NCBI GenBank assembly: GCA_029717555.1
Contig: JAMDHS010000018.1
Span: forward strand, 1-64,000
DNA length: 64,000 bases
From: Peribolospora baueri
Lineage: Eukaryota
Reading direction: 5' to 3'
In this document: piece by piece, positions 36,520-50,418 of the stretch
How the letters are laid out: the number at the start of each line of letters is the position of its first letter
Position numbering within the stretch: the first letter of the stretch is position 1
Program-made: the position numbers and the translations under genes
Notes under the pieces: generated by a model
The model's input: the letters and a program-made list of their open reading frames with translations, nothing else
Told to the model about the DNA's origin: nothing
The model's database searches: none

Positions 36520-37431
36520 TCAGTTTTCGTGAAGGTACTGCAAACTGGCCCTGTAGCCCGTGTCCTGGTCTCGCTGGACCGTCACTGCGGGCGCATCCGC
36601 GGTGCCCGGCGTAAGGTAAAAGTCAGGACCGGTGGTGTCCTTGGGGTGACCGAGGTAGGTGAGGTTGTACTGTACGATTTCTTGGGCGTCGTTTTCAGTG
36701 ACGAAGACAAGCTCAAAGTACTGGTTGACCTGACTTTGGTCGTCATTGAAGCTGCAAGGCTCGTTGACGAAGAACTCGACAGTCGGGTTCACGCTGTCGG
36801 GGTAGGAGCGGAGGGTGGTGCAGTTGGAAGGGTTGGTAGTATGAGGGGTAAAGCCTTGCGGGGAGAGAAGACCATACCTGGTGAGGCAAAAACATCGAGT
36901 GGGAAAAGGGACGGTCAGAGAGAAGACCGCGGACAGAAGCCAAGCAGGCACAGGTGGTACGCACCACTTCTGGACGCCATTCGAGTCGGTTAGGCTGGCG
37001 GGGTAGCCCATATACGACGACGCGCATGCGAAGCTGTGGGGGCGAGGTGGGAAGCCGGTGTAGAAAGCTCGGGTCAGCAAGAGGCCGGACTGCAACTTGA
37101 AGCCATAGTAGAAAGACATCGTTCAAGGCTTGCTTGGCCCTCACAAGGAGAACTGTTGGAACATGGCAGCATTCCGTTCCAATACCTCCGGGTTGTCCTG
37201 GGCATCGAAAGAGGTCTTGGCCGCGGTAAGGGCGTCCTGCAAGAGGTAGTTGCTGGAAAATCCCGGAGTGGAGCCACCTTGGCCGCCGTTCGTAGGGGTG
37301 ATCAGTAAGTTGGGAGCCTTCGTTTCAGCTATGGTGCAGTTCAGCTGGTCAGCCCGAGACTGGAGGGGAGACGCTGCGCTGGAGGAAACGAGGGCGAGCG
37401 TGAACAGTGCGGCTGCTGCTTGGGTGAACAT
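36520..37431 (-). CDS. Secreted protein of unknown function (signal peptide, about 4 Cys); 2 introns
   Basis: Signal/propeptide MFTQAAAALFTLALVSSSAASPLQSR. GT..AG introns restore a continuous frame to YLHEN*. Confidence 0.75.
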
Positions 37432-38079
37432 TGTCGGCTTGGATGACCAGTGGGGAGGAAGAGGGCCTGTTTATCCGAGAGAAGCAGTGAGGAAGAAAGC
37501 GATGGACAAGAAGAGGTCGTACGATGCCTTATAGCGTTCGTCCCTTATATGCTAAAGGAACGATTGCATGGCATGGCAGTGCAGCGTTCGTTCCGTACGA
37601 AGCCGTGCCAGCCGACACCAACGTCGGCGGTCAGCACATGCCGATGCCGATGTCGTTGCCCGACAGATAATGAACGGTACAGCCGGCTCGCTTGCGCGGA
37701 ATGCGGTGGCGTAGGCGTAATGATCAGCACAGCCCGTATGCTCGGGCCGAACGCGCAGCATCGCTCCGCCGCGTTCCCGCATCGCTCTTCTCGCTACTGT
37801 ACCTACTTGCTTGCGCAAGAAATAGAAAGAACAACTACAGCCAAACCGAGGTCTACCCGCACGTGGGGTGGGGCCCAAGCCGGATGAAGGTCGAAGAGTG
37901 ATAAAAAATAGGCTCGCTCGCCGTGCTTCGTCTAAAGATGGCGTGGCGTCTCTCTTAGGCTGTGCTCTGCGTCCAGGGTCAACACCATGTTCCTTCACGT
38001 CCTTGAACCATGAGAGACGGGGCGCGACGAGCGTACCAGGCCAGGGAGCGATGAAACCATGTGTATTCGCGCAGCATGG

Positions 38080-39237
38080 TCAGTGACGATGGGATGATGA
38101 TCTGCGGACCGCGCTCATTTCCATCTCCTCCTCCTCCGCCCCTCTCTTTGTCCTCAAAAACGACGCCCTCTCCTCGCCCTCCTCTAAAGCCTCACCCTCC
38201 ACCTCGATCCCAGCCTCCTCCTCAAGCGTTTTGACGCCCAGTCCCTCACGCATCTCTCTCCGCACGCACAGGTGCTCCGCCCAGACGATCATCACGACGG
38301 CACAGGCACCCATAACGAGATAGAAGAAGACCGAGGTGGGGAACGAGCTGCCGTACCATGTTGTGAGGACAAGGTGGATAAAGAGGAAGGTGAGAGAGTG
38401 GTCTAGGATGTGCGTCGGCCGGCGAACGAGGTAGTAAAGGAAGAACACGCTGTGAAAAGCAAAATAGAAAGAACAAGCCGGAAAGAGGAGTGGGTGGCAC
38501 ACCCAGGTCAGCGTGCCCGAGGCGGAGGATAAAGGGACTGCCGGGTAACAAACAGTTAAGAGAGACTAAACCTACTCCATGCAAGTGGTCAAGAGCCAAG
38601 CCACGGCGAGCACCCATCCTCGCATCGGATCCCGAGCGCTCTCCCACTCCCAGCTCTCGATGGACATGGCCTTTGCCGGGATGCCGGCCACGCCCACCTC
38701 TCCTAATGCGTCCCTCGTCCCCAACCTGTGTCCATCCCACCACGACTCCAGCTTCTCCACCCCTTCCCACCCAGGCGCCTTGACAGGCGCGTCCAATGCG
38801 CCGGCCTGACCGACGACGTGGCCCCCCCTCCAAGCTCCGCCCCAGACGTTCCAACTGCCCCTTGCCGTCCGGTCGATCTCATCCCACGTCGGCTGGCCGG
38901 CGATCTCTCTCCAGTCCATGATCATGCCTAGGTTCCATGCGCCGCCTTCGAAGGCTAGTGCGCGTGGGTCAGAGAAAAGATATAGTAGCGGGGGGGCGAG
39001 GAAGGCTAGGACGAGGTAGTGAAGCGCTTGAAGGGCGACAATCTGTGGTAGTCGGTGGACAAAAACAGGAAGGGAGATATAACAATTTTCCGAGGTGGAA
39101 GCGGGCGGTAGAGCGAGGGAACACGTCAGCGTGTACGCCCGCCGCAAGCAAAAATCGACCATTGGGGACGCCATCACACGCACCTGGGAAATGATCATGA
39201 TAGGATCCCATCCTTGAACCCTCGTCTTGAGAACCAT
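38080..39237 (-). CDS. sys1: Sys1 Golgi integral membrane protein; 2 introns
   Basis: WDPIMIISQIVALQALHYL, LVRRPTHILDHSLT..FIHL, WAEHLCVRREMRE. Confidence 0.92.
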
Positions 39238-39666
39238 TCTCGACTCCGACGTGAAGAGCTCGGTCGCTGTCCCGCCCGCTCAGCGGATGGTGCGAGCGGG
39301 CCAACTAACAGGGTGAATGCGAGCTTGAGGGAGGCTTCTGGCGCTACCACGTTCGGCGTCCGGCCGCTCCGTTCTAAAAAGGCAAGAAAACGAAGAGTGT
39401 CGAGGCAGACAAGAAGGCGGAAGGAGATGGTCGTCGAGGTCGTAAAATGTCGTAAAGGGATGACCTGACGCCGGCTTCCAAGATGGTGACGGTGGTGGCG
39501 ACGGTCGAAAACCTTGGCGGCGTCACAGAGCGTGGTTATATTGCCGGCGACGCGCCTGCCGATCATTTATTTCGCTGGACTGGGCTCGATTGATTGATTG
39601 CCGCTTCGCACCGTCAACTCCATCACCCTCCATCGTCTCCCTTGGACACTCGGCTGGCTTCCTGCA

Positions 39667-41477
39667 ATGGCACCTTCCACTACCGCCAACCAGACCTTCC
39701 CGTCTGCCACCGTCGCCTCTCAGGGAAAGGACGTTTCGGACCTCCTGGTCGTCGTGCTAGACGTCAATCCCGTTGCTTGGGCCGACAGCATGGCGAGCTC
39801 CGAGGATCCTTTCAGCCTGCAGGACGCGTTGCAGCACATCCTCGTCTTCATCAACGCCCACTTGGCCGGCCAAAACGAAAACAGGCTGGCTGTCTACGCT
39901 GCAACGGTTGAAGATAGGTTAGCCCTATTCCGCTCGGCTAGTCTTTCTTGCAGACAGGCGTATTCATCTCGTCCACTCACGCTTGCATTCCTCTCCGCCG
40001 ACCCCGCAGCCGACTGCTCTTCACTACCGCCTCTTTGTCCAGTCTGCTCTCCTCTCGACAAACGCCGGATGCGAACACGTACCAGTACTTCAAGCTCGTA
40101 GACGACAAGGTGTCCAGCGGGGTGAGAGGCATGTTGGTCGCCCAGGCGGGCGCAGCGAAGGCGGACAAGGGTGAGTAGATGCCTGTCCAGGTTATAGCCG
40201 GTCTAGAGTTACCTACAGCAGCGGCAGAGGCCTCATCGGAATTTTGTATGTCCACAGCACCGGTTGGCCTTGTTGGTGCAATGTCAAAAGCGCTCTGTCG
40301 TGAGTATTTCGAGCGCCGCGCCCTTTGCGCAAGGCGTTTCTTTATGACGTCGCCTTTGACGCATCTATTGCTTTGGGTTTTGTCCGCATGGGACGTCAGA
40401 TATCAATCGCCTACGCATCGCTGAGGATCCATCGTCTTCCACGTCATTTGCAAGCGGATCCTTGACCGCTTCGTCGGCGAATGCAACGGGCACCATATCA
40501 GTAGACCAGGCTACTGCCCCGTTCAAGCCTCGTATGCTCGTCTTCAGCATCACCCCAGACGCAAGCGCGCAATATGTTCCGATAATGAACTGCATTTTCA
40601 GCGCGCAGAAGGCGGTGAGATTACGCTTTGCGATTCTGCGTGTTTGCCAAGATCTATTGTTGACTTTTCTGTCTCTGCAGGGCATCACCATCGACGTCTG
40701 CGACCTCTCAGGTCCTTTGAATGCAAGTACATCCAACCCTACTGATATTACAAGAGGCGTGAACGGTAGTGTGGGCGCCACCGACACGAAAGTCGTTACC
40801 GAAGAAGCAGTCTTCCTCCAACAGGCGGCACACCTCACGGGTGGCGCCTATTTTCGACCAAGGAGAAGAGCCGGTCTGATCCAGAACCTTATGGTAAGCA
40901 GTTCTGATCCATATTCGCCGCTCTCTCCCCTTGCGGCGGCGGCTTGTTCATGTCAAGGCTTCTTATCTGATTTTTCACAGGTTACCTTCCTTCCTTCGCG
41001 CTCCATTCGTAACCTTATCGGTTTGCCGTCTGAGGATCAAGTCGACTTCCGGGCCGCCTGCTTTTGTCATAAGCGCATCGTCGATATTGGCTTTGTGTGC
41101 AGCGTGTGCTTGAGTAGTAAGCAATGTCTTTTCTTTGGTACCCGCTCTGGTCTCGTCTCAAACCTTCACTCCTGTCTGTAACTTCTTCTCGCGTTCAACT
41201 GCGCTACAGTATTTTGCACACCTATCTCAGAATGCTCTACTTGTCGGTGCGTGCATGCCATGCCGCCCTCCCCAGGCATACTCGACATGCTCGAAATGCT
41301 TGACCTCTCCTGCAGAGGATTGAAACCGTTGGTCTTGTCTCACTTGGCTTTGTCTGCAGATCAAAGTTCCCGCCAGCAAGCATCGCACGTCTCAATGCAC
41401 TACCAGCGTCAACCTCTTCGGCTTCCAACACGGCTCAGACAAGGACTACCTTAAGAGCAAGTACGAGTGAACGATGA
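39667..41477 (+). CDS. tfb4: TFIIH core subunit Tfb4/p34 (vWA + C4 zinc finger); multi-exon
   Basis: LLVVVLDVNP, LVFINAHLA, QYVPIMNCIFSAQK, FLQQAAHLTGG.Y, VDFRAACFCH...DIGFVCSVCLSIFC....C.TC. Confidence 0.95.
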
Positions 41478-41590
41478 CGCTTCAAGGAATTTCAGCGTCA
41501 CTTAAGCAATACATAATGTATCAGTAACATGCAATGTATTACCACGTTGACAAGGTTGGTGCACTGGGGTTTCAAAGGGCTGATGAGCCC

Positions 41591-43566
41591 TCAACACGGT
41601 TGTCTCGGTGCGTCTTGCTGTGTAGACTGCTTTTGAGCAAACGGTACTTCCCAAACGGTCACCCGACCGTCTTTGCCGCCGGCGGCTATCCAATCCTGGG
41701 TTCTTGTAAGGACGCCACCCGGATCATGTTCATCCTCAGCGTCATCCTCGTCAGTGGTCTCCAAGGCCTTGTCCTCTTGCGGACAGGGTGCCTTGTTAGA
41801 GATGCGTCGATGAGCGAATGTCAAACCGTACACGCTGTCCTTGTGGTACGATAAGACGGCCAAGGGACGAAAAGAGCGTGTCGAATGTAGTCGGATGCTG
41901 TATGGCGGGCAATTGAATACCTGGCTTAAGATCCTGAGAGCGCAAGCCGTCCCTTAAACGCAAAGGCGCACCTTCCATCCCACCCCGCTATGCCGACGAC
42001 TCTGCAATCGTCCCTTATGCATACGCGCGCTTTTCCGGGCCTTTTTGTCTTGAAGATGGTGGCGACCTCCGCAGTTCTCTCGCGTGAGAACGACTCGGGG
42101 GACGAGAAAAGAGACTTTCTTGTCGGAAAAGCATATGGAAATGAGTCAAGAAAACGTGACATGACATGGCGCTTCTGAGCGAGGGAGTTTGAGAACAGTG
42201 CTCCTCACCGTAAGATCATATTTGACTACAAAATGATCTGCTGAGACGGAAAATGCGAAGAGCGCGCCCTGCGCAACGGCAAGAGACATAACTGTATGCA
42301 TACGAAAACGACAGTGAATGTCGCGGGTTCTCGTTAGCAAATGAAGAGGCCAAATATGCGTTCAGGGCGACGGGCGACGCTTACCTGGTTCTTTGTGTGC
42401 TTTCCAACACCATAGCCTCTCCCACCCTTCTCCCATCTTCCTTTGTGTTCGCTCGCTTGTGTCCGCCTGAAGTTCGCGCCGTTTTCCGAGCCAACCCGAC
42501 TTGTGGCGCCATATGATGACACGACCGTCTTCGTATCCCGCGATCAAGCACAACTCACTCCCAGTCATGACCCGGTTCCGTGAGCTGCTACCAGCGTCCG
42601 TCTGAGGAGAGACGGGAGGAGAAAAGAGCTGCAAACACATGCAAATGCCTGAAGATAGTTGATGTCGAAAGATGTTATCTCCATGAATTCCAACGAAACC
42701 CTCGCTTTCGTCGAGGAAAGATCCCTACCTGTCTTGTCGTCAGCCTCACGGTGCTTAGACCCGATGCCATCGTGAACGCGTCTGCCGGAAGGCAGATGAA
42801 AAATGTCGATCTGTGATATCGGAACGCAGACCCGTCCACTTGCCGATTTAGTCAATGCGAAGGGCCAGAACAAAAAGACGTAAGAGCCTACAGGAATCAT
42901 CGGATTTCTTACCCAGGAAGCATCGAGAGGATTGGGGACAGCTACCAGGGCGCTTAGACTTTGGTCGGCATCGGCTTGCGTAGACGTCGGACCGCCCATG
43001 TCCACGTCATTGTCAACCTCCAGCAGAGAAAACTTGCAGTAGTTAAGAGAGTTGACTGGCAGCTCGCACTCCAGTTCAGGGGTTGTTTCCGTTTTCTCGG
43101 AGGAAGAGCTAAAGCTGACGGACTGGTCCGAGACTGAAGGTACAGCAGCCTCAGTGCCTAGGGAATAGAGCAGAGGTGGCAGCGACCACACGCAGAGCCG
43201 ATTGTCTCTTCCGTGCCTGTTGACCGGGGCCAACGGCGGGCAAGCATTAACAACAAGAGCGACTTGAGATCGGCAAGCCACAATATACAAAAATATTAGC
43301 TTACGTACTCACGTAACGACCTTCCCTCCCCACCACCCAACGCCTAGTACCCCTCCGCCCTCGCCCCCAGCATGCGGCCTCCACCAGCCTCCAAACCGCC
43401 GTCGCATCGTCCGAATGTCTGTCACGTTCACGTAGCCTTCAGCATCGGCCGAGAGAAGATAAACATTGGGCCCCGTTGAAGGGAAGTCGGGGGAAAATGC
43501 GACGTCATTCACTTGTGTGGCATGCCATCGTAGGATCCAGCGAGGAGCCGGAGGAGGGGCAGCCAT
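41591..43566 (-). CDS. asa1: WD40 protein Asa1 (ASTRA complex, GNB1L-like); multi-exon
   Basis: P.P.WILRWH...V, THGRDNRL.VW, LPVNSLNYCKFS, LIAGYEDG, HKEPVMSL, AGWDGR, AVLSYH, WIAAGGKDGRVTVW. Confidence 0.85.
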
Positions 43567-43785
43567 GTCATGGATGGTAGAGAAGCAGCATGCGAGCCGG
43601 CCGTAACGATAACGATAATGGGTTCAGAGTGATCGACTAACCCTACTTCGCCGATCACTTGCTCTGAGCTCGGCTTACGTACGTACAGTTAGGCATCTAA
43701 CATGGGAACGCAGAACAGCCCGTCTTTTTGAGAGATGCAAGGAGAGAACACAAGGGGCGCGGGTCACTAAAAGGCTCTTCCCGTG

Positions 43786-45101
43786 TTAGGTAGTCGGAGG
43801 GGCCTTGTTGAGGAAACCTGCCAACAGGCAATGCACAAATCAACGGCTGCCTTGTTCGTGGTCGCACGATGCATTTGAGGCTCTCAAAGAGAAGCGCACC
43901 TTTAAGTGCCGCTTCGCTCTTCCTCGTCCTCTCTGCTTCCTCCCTATCAAGTTTGGCCAATTCCGCCTTGACCGCCGAATCTTCCGGAGGATAGCCGCAT
44001 AGCAAGGTCAGCATCCGCTTCTACCCACCACAGGTACCGGACTAACCGACACTGAGGCAGCTTCTCACCATCTGGCTTCTTCGACTGCACGCCTTCAAGT
44101 ACTTTGCGAGCTGCCGTGATCTCACCAAGCCCCTTCAAAGCTTGAGCTTTGCGGAATGACGCTTTGATGTTCGAAGCGTCGACAGCTAGAGCTTGGTTAG
44201 CGCTCTCCAGCGCTCGGCGGTGGTTATCGAGCTTGAGACTGGAACAAAGAGGCAGGGATGACGGAAAAGTCGCGCAATGGTTTGAGTCTGCAAACTTTCC
44301 ATATGATGGTCCTTCCGTTAACTTTGCAGGCGAAGAGCGTTTGTTCATGAGAAACAGGGAAACCCTTACTGGCAAGCTAGGAGCGTCGTGAAAAGCAAGA
44401 GGAGCAGCGATGTCAACGATAGCCCAGCCCTGCTCTTCAGCCCAAATATGCTGATACTCACCGGCCATGTTACTCCTAATCAATCCAACCTGCTTTTTGG
44501 CTTCCTCCACGGCCTTTTTTGCCTCGAGGCGTTCGGAGAGCTCCTCGTCCGACCCCGGCCGGTCTGGAGCATTACCACCGACCATGTCGACGAGGAGGTT
44601 GCGATCTAGGCCGGACAGGTACAGGAATGCTGAATGATAAGAAGATATGGCTGTTGGAAGATAGAAGGGGAGCAAATGCCCTTCTCAGTCCGGACGAAGA
44701 CCAACTTGGCTAGACATGAAAGAACTGCAAGCGAGTTCGACGACAGCCCACCAGCTCTGTAGTCACCCCGCCCGTATAAAGCATTGCCTGAAGGGACAAT
44801 CAATGGCGCTTTCAGTTAATCAGAAAACGAGTTGCTTGTATGCCCGTACAGAGCGAAGCCTACCTTTTTCCTTGTACGCCAGACCGATGGCAACCTGCGG
44901 AAGTTGGACAACAATGGATGAGCTGCTGTAGTAGATCAAGGCGCCAGCTGATCAAAGGAAGCGAAGACCAGCAGTGCCAAGCTAAAACCTTCCTTCCAAA
45001 GGTCCCGCTTCCGGCTCACGGACCTTCACATGCACAGTCGAGGGCTGCTCCTTGGAAAGCTCTTGAATCCTGGCGTCGCTACCGTCCATATTATTGCTCA
45101 T
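43786..45101 (-). CDS. Small TPR-domain protein (TTC9/immunophilin-type three-TPR, probable Hsp90/Hsp70 co-chaperone); multi-exon
   Basis: YKEKGNALYGRGDYRAAISSYHSAFLYL, SNMA...LKL....RALE....AL..D..N.KA.FRKAQAL, DSAVKAELAKL. Confidence 0.8.
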
Positions 45102-45939
45102 CGTAAGCCGTCGAGGTCGAAACGGCCCGAAGAGAGCGAGAAACCGATGGAGTGTGCAGAAAGGGATGTCAGAGCTGTCCCTCCCTTCCTCCTCTTTTAT
45201 TTCTTCCTTCTTCTCAAGAGTGTTTGTCCTTCGTCGTATGCAAGCGCCGTCTTCCTCGCCGTCGTCGGCAGAGCAATGAGCGCATTCACCCAAGGAGGTC
45301 CGTGACCCAGCGACGCCTACCGCAGCCGCCACACCACTCCTATATCAAGGCAGTGAGCACAGGGCCTGCTGCAAGCAAACAAGCACCTCGTGTGTGCTAC
45401 ACTACAAGTAGTTCTAGAAGTCATAGACTGGATGTTCTTGGACTTGATATTCTAGCTCCCACGGCCGACGTGTGCCGTTGTCTTGCGGTCTTGCAATTCG
45501 GATTTTCGTGACGTTGTTACGTCGGCCCGTTATTTTTCATCGTCCTTACATCTCAAGGTCTGGGGTTAAGATGTGTTCTGTCATTCGAACAGTCTGAACG
45601 ACAACGTGTTTAAGCGGAAGCTACAGTCTCCCCCCTTCGAGACTTGCACGAAAGCTCTTCCTCTCAATGCACATGGTCACGACCAGTTCCGTCGGAGCAC
45701 TACAAGGACACTGCCAAGGAGGGGAACGTCAGGCACAGCTGTATCGCGCGCCTGTCCGAGCTCGTCAGAAGTCCATTCTCCAGTGGAGCTCGATACGTCA
45801 ATTATCCTCAGCCTTTTTCTCATGGCTTTCAACCACACATAGCGACATGAAATTGGAAATGTAAAGAGAACGGTATGCCAAGCGTAGGTGAAGATGGAAG
45901 GGGAGCCTTCCGCGTTCCACGGGACTTGTCGGAAGTTGT

Positions 45940-48900
45940 TTAATACGCGAAACGAAAATCGAGGCGACGGTTTCCTTGATCCGTCGTAGTCTTTAGATAT
46001 TCGGCTTGCTCCTGGTGAAGTGGGAATGACGTGAGATAGTGTTCATACGAGCCGTGCGCTTTACTCTGCCGGGAGGACTAGTAGTACCACGACGAACGAA
46101 CCTCTCTCGTCATCGAAGACCATTTGCGCTCTTTCTCTCTATTTCGGAACTTGTAGTACGCCCGGCTCAGGGCTAATTGTAAGGCCATGAGCAGGGGCAA
46201 GTTGGTCAGTTCGTCGCTCCGCATGAAGAGCGAGCGACTCAAGAGGAACACGCTCACGGTACAAGGCCAAGTTGGTGCAGGCGATCGCAATCAGCTGCCT
46301 GTTTCCTCGACGGTCTAGCAAGGCGGGATGGGGAACACCAAACATACTGAGTTCATCCGTACCGTTCATGCCAGTAGAGGGGGCTACTCACACTCTGGTG
46401 CATCGTCCTGTCGATAGATGTTGGAAGAAATGATGGCCGAGACTTGCACCATCCTGATCGGGTACGAGTGATTCAATACAGAAGGCGCGAGCCGTTCGTG
46501 ATGAGCCATGCAATCAGATTTGCGTGGACGACGCAGACTTACATGTTATACAAAGAAGCTGACACGGTGCGAGTCCTGACGGAGCCCGAGTTTCTGCTGC
46601 ACCATGAGACCTGAATCGCATGCACTGAGGAACGATAGGGAGGAGGACACCAGGATCAGCGGCTAGCATGCACAGGGATGCACAGATGAAAACGAGACCC
46701 ACCGTACGGGTAAGCGAGTAGAACCGTCGTGAGAACAAAGTACTGCCAGGGGCCAGGATCGCGGAGGGAATACAAGGCTATGAGACAAGGCAGTGCCCAC
46801 AGGTTTTCAGCCATGCCGAGCCAAGAGCGGCTGTCAAATTTCTCGGATAACCATGTGATCGCGAAAAGCTGAGAAGGAAGAGAGAGCAACGGAGCGCAAG
46901 ATGAAAAAGGGGCGCGCGGCGCGGAAAGCGACATGATCGAGGGTAGCCCACCGTCAAAACTTGAGCAAACTCGTAGGGAATGCATAGGAGATTCGTCTTG
47001 AAGGTGCTGAAGCCTGGTGCAGGCCCGGCCGTAGCGACGAGGTTCAGCGAGTTTACGACGCTTCACGACCAAGAGCCATGATAATGGCGATCACGTTTGA
47101 ACGTACCGAGCTGTCTCAAAGATAATGTGATGTACGTCGTCACTGGAGTGGTGGGAATCTCGAAGGTGAGACCGATGAGATAGAGAGGCCAGAGATCAAA
47201 GTCCGTGAGGGACTGCCACAACATCTTCCAGGTGAGGCCTTGACGATTGTGCATGTCGCTCTGCAAGGTGAGAAGAAAAAAAGTTGCCGAACATGACATA
47301 AAGCTCTTCGGGCAATGCGTCCAAACGCTGACTGACCTTGGTTGGGTCGTCCCTTAGCACCCTGTTGACTATGATCTTCTCTTCTCGTTCGGTGAACCAA
47401 CCTCCCGGCCGGAAGTATGTTTTGGTTTGCAGCGGGCCCGGTACCATGAGGAAGAACGACGCGACACCTAAGAGCAAGGTAAGGATAGCCTCGAGGAGGA
47501 ACAGCCATCGCCAGCCGGCAGCACCGCCGACGCCACGCATGTGAAGGACACCGAAGCTGTCGGGAATAAAGAGATCAGGACTCGATTCTTCAAATGTAAA
47601 AAGGGGAAGCGCGCGAAGTGCAGACTCACGCCATGAAACTTTGAAGAATGCTGGTCATATCGAGCGCCATCCAAAAGCCCGCGAGCCTCAAGGAGAGCTC
47701 ATCCTTCGTGAAGAAGTACGAAAAATAGAGGACTAGGTCCGGGATAAAGCCACCTTGGGCTAGGCCGATCACTGTGGAACGATCGGTAGGCCGAATCAGC
47801 ATGGCGCTACGATGGAGCCGAGATGAACGGGGACGAGCTCACGAAATCGAGTGGCCAGAAAGCTGTGCAAAGCGAACAAGGGGTTGAGGGTGATGTGATC
47901 GGTGTGAGGAGAGGAGACATCGAATGGCAGCACTCACCCGGCGCGCCCTTTCAGCCAGAACTGGCTCGCGGAGATGATGCTCCACACGCACATCTGCCGA
48001 GACAAGAACAAGCGCTTCATTGGTCACTTGCATGGACGAACGTGGCTGCACCTGCGAGCGATGGCTCACCTGCATCGGTATCCAAACATCTGGGCCAATG
48101 CGTTTGGAGATGAGCTGAGAAGGAAGCTCGGCCAGGAGGAAAGACAGCTTGGCGAGGGTATTGCCCATATTGTAATCTGTTCCAGATCCGAGAGTGGACG
48201 CGCCCCACAAGGTAAGCATTCGAGGCCCCTCCGCCCCTCGGTCAGGCTGAAGATGCTCTTCTAACCATCAGTAGTCAGGTGAAGGTCGTTGAGCATATTG
48301 TCGCTGACCGCTTGTATGATATTGCTCCGGTCGATGTTGAGAGCCTAGAATCGACGCGACAGTCCGATCGGGTCAGTGGAGGCCGGTGAAGACGGGCGGT
48401 TATGAGAACTCACGACAAACATAATGCATCCCCACGCAGTGATGCGCCAGTCCAGGTGTCTGACCAGCTTCTGCAAAGCAACGTGAAAGTACAATGGGTG
48501 AGGGACGCTTCCAAATACGTGAGCGAAGTTCGTCCTGCTCCACCTCCCAACTCACCTTCTCCTCCCTCCAGGTCCACCTAAAGTTGGGGTCAAAAGCCTT
48601 GATGTTCTCCCATTTCGCGTTGGGCTGATAGGCTTTGGCTGTCACCGGGTCGTCAAACACGCTTGGCTGGGTAGCTGCAGGAGACGATGGGAATGGGGCA
48701 GGAAGGATGAGATTTGGTTAGCGCAGTCAGAATAAGAAAGCAATTGAGGGCCATTATCGCACACTCACCGATATCGTCCAAATCCACCGGACGTCCGTCC
48801 GCTCCCTTCTTCTTTCCGAACCAGGCAGATAAAAGGTTGGGTGTTCTGCCGTGTCGCGGGGTATCAAAGGTCGAGGGAACGGGAGGGTCCTCGCTAGCGG

Positions 48901-49024
48901 TGGAAACAGCGAAATCCTGTGCGACTTGCTCTGGCGCCTTGGCCACTTCTTTCTCCGAGTCCGAATCAAAAGACAGACGAGCAAAGTCATCATCGCCTGT
49001 GGACGGTGAGCCTGGAGCTGACAT
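45940..49024 (-). CDS. MFS transporter, allantoate permease/anion:cation symporter family; many introns
   Basis: [77 protein letters not shown]. Confidence 0.92.
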
Positions 49025-50142
49025 GACGTTCTGAATGAAGAAGACTCGAAGGGGCGGTGAGGGCGTGCAACGAATTCGAAGAGGTCCGTGCCAACGCCGT
49101 TTTATGAACTTTTTTGCACATGGCCCTTGGGCCCACGCCGCTCCTCCCATCATGGAGGGGAGGGAAGGGATAAGGGCCTGCCTGGGTCTGAGGAGCGACT
49201 CAATCCATCAGTAACACAATCCAGGGGCTCGATGACACAAGGTGGACCCGTAGAAACCATCGTCGGGCAGAAGCCGACGTGCGTTGGGGCGGGGATGAAG
49301 AAGACAAAAGAGAGGACGATTAGGCAAACGGCGCGGATGAGGGATAGCAACATGCTGATCGGGGTGTCAGGCACATAACGCTAACGCAGACGGAGGTGTG
49401 GGCCATCCCTCCCTTCCCTGGTACGGCCAAGGCAAGGCCATTTGCGAGTTGACGGGAGACGATGGCGTGTGGACCTCGTCCAGCAGTCGAGCACGTCATC
49501 CGACGGTCCTCGCTCGCCCACCAGCGAGCAGCGCGCCGGACCATGACATGACATGACGCCCTTCGACGACGCTTGATGAAACGGCCAGTGGAGAATGAAT
49601 AACTGCGCTTAAGATTGTCGACTCGTCGAGCCTTCCTCGAGACGAATGACGAGATCAGCATCAATCACCCTTGCACGCAACCCAGCCCGCACGGCGATGA
49701 TGATGATAATGGGCAACTTATTATGTGCGCGATAAGCGCGGTTGGCGTCATCGTCGCGCCAGCGATACGGTTTCGCTGGAGGCTACCCGCATGGCTGGTC
49801 CACTGTAGAGGTCAGGAGCGAGTCCGGTCGATGGACTCGTACAGACAGACATGCGATCGACCGAGAAGGGTGCGCCGGCGTCGTCTTCCCCGGCACCGCC
49901 ATATCCGCCGCCGGAAGCTTGCCTAGGTCGATCAATCGATCATGTCCGTCGCCAGCGTCTCGTCTCTCCGCGCAACCGCAGCCGAAACCTAGCAAGGTAC
50001 GCGACGGTTCGGGCGTGGGACGGGATGAGGTTGACGCTTCGTGCTGGAGGAAGCAACAAAGCTCGATACGGTGAGCGGGAAGGACGATGACGGACCCGGC
50101 CGGATCAGTAAATCGTAGGTAGATTCGAGTGCGCTCGCTAGC

Positions 50143-50171
50143 GGGGGGGGGGGGGGGGGGGGGGGGGGGGG
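50143..50171. repeat. G29 homopolymer (a second G15 run lies at 50383-50397)
   Basis: Read directly from the sequence. Confidence 0.9.
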
Positions 50172-50418
50172 AGAAGGACAAACAAGCGGGTCTACATACA
50201 GCGAGCGAGATGGATGGGCGGAAGAGAGAATGAACCGGGGGTGGAGGCGTAAATAAAAAGGTTACATGCTCTAGACGAGAATTCGATAATCCAAAGGTCT
50301 GCGCCATCGTCGACGAGAGGGGGGACCGAAGGAAGGCAATGATACAGCGAGCGACGTTGTTAGGGGTCTTTAGGGGCAAGGTGGGGGGGGGGGGGGGACG
50401 ACTCGGCGCCTCGGCGTC

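Noticed and set aside
49783..50379. 198-aa minus-strand ORF with poly-Pro
   Set aside because: The poly-Pro comes from the G29 run, and the region is the likely 3' UTR and promoter between two transporters.
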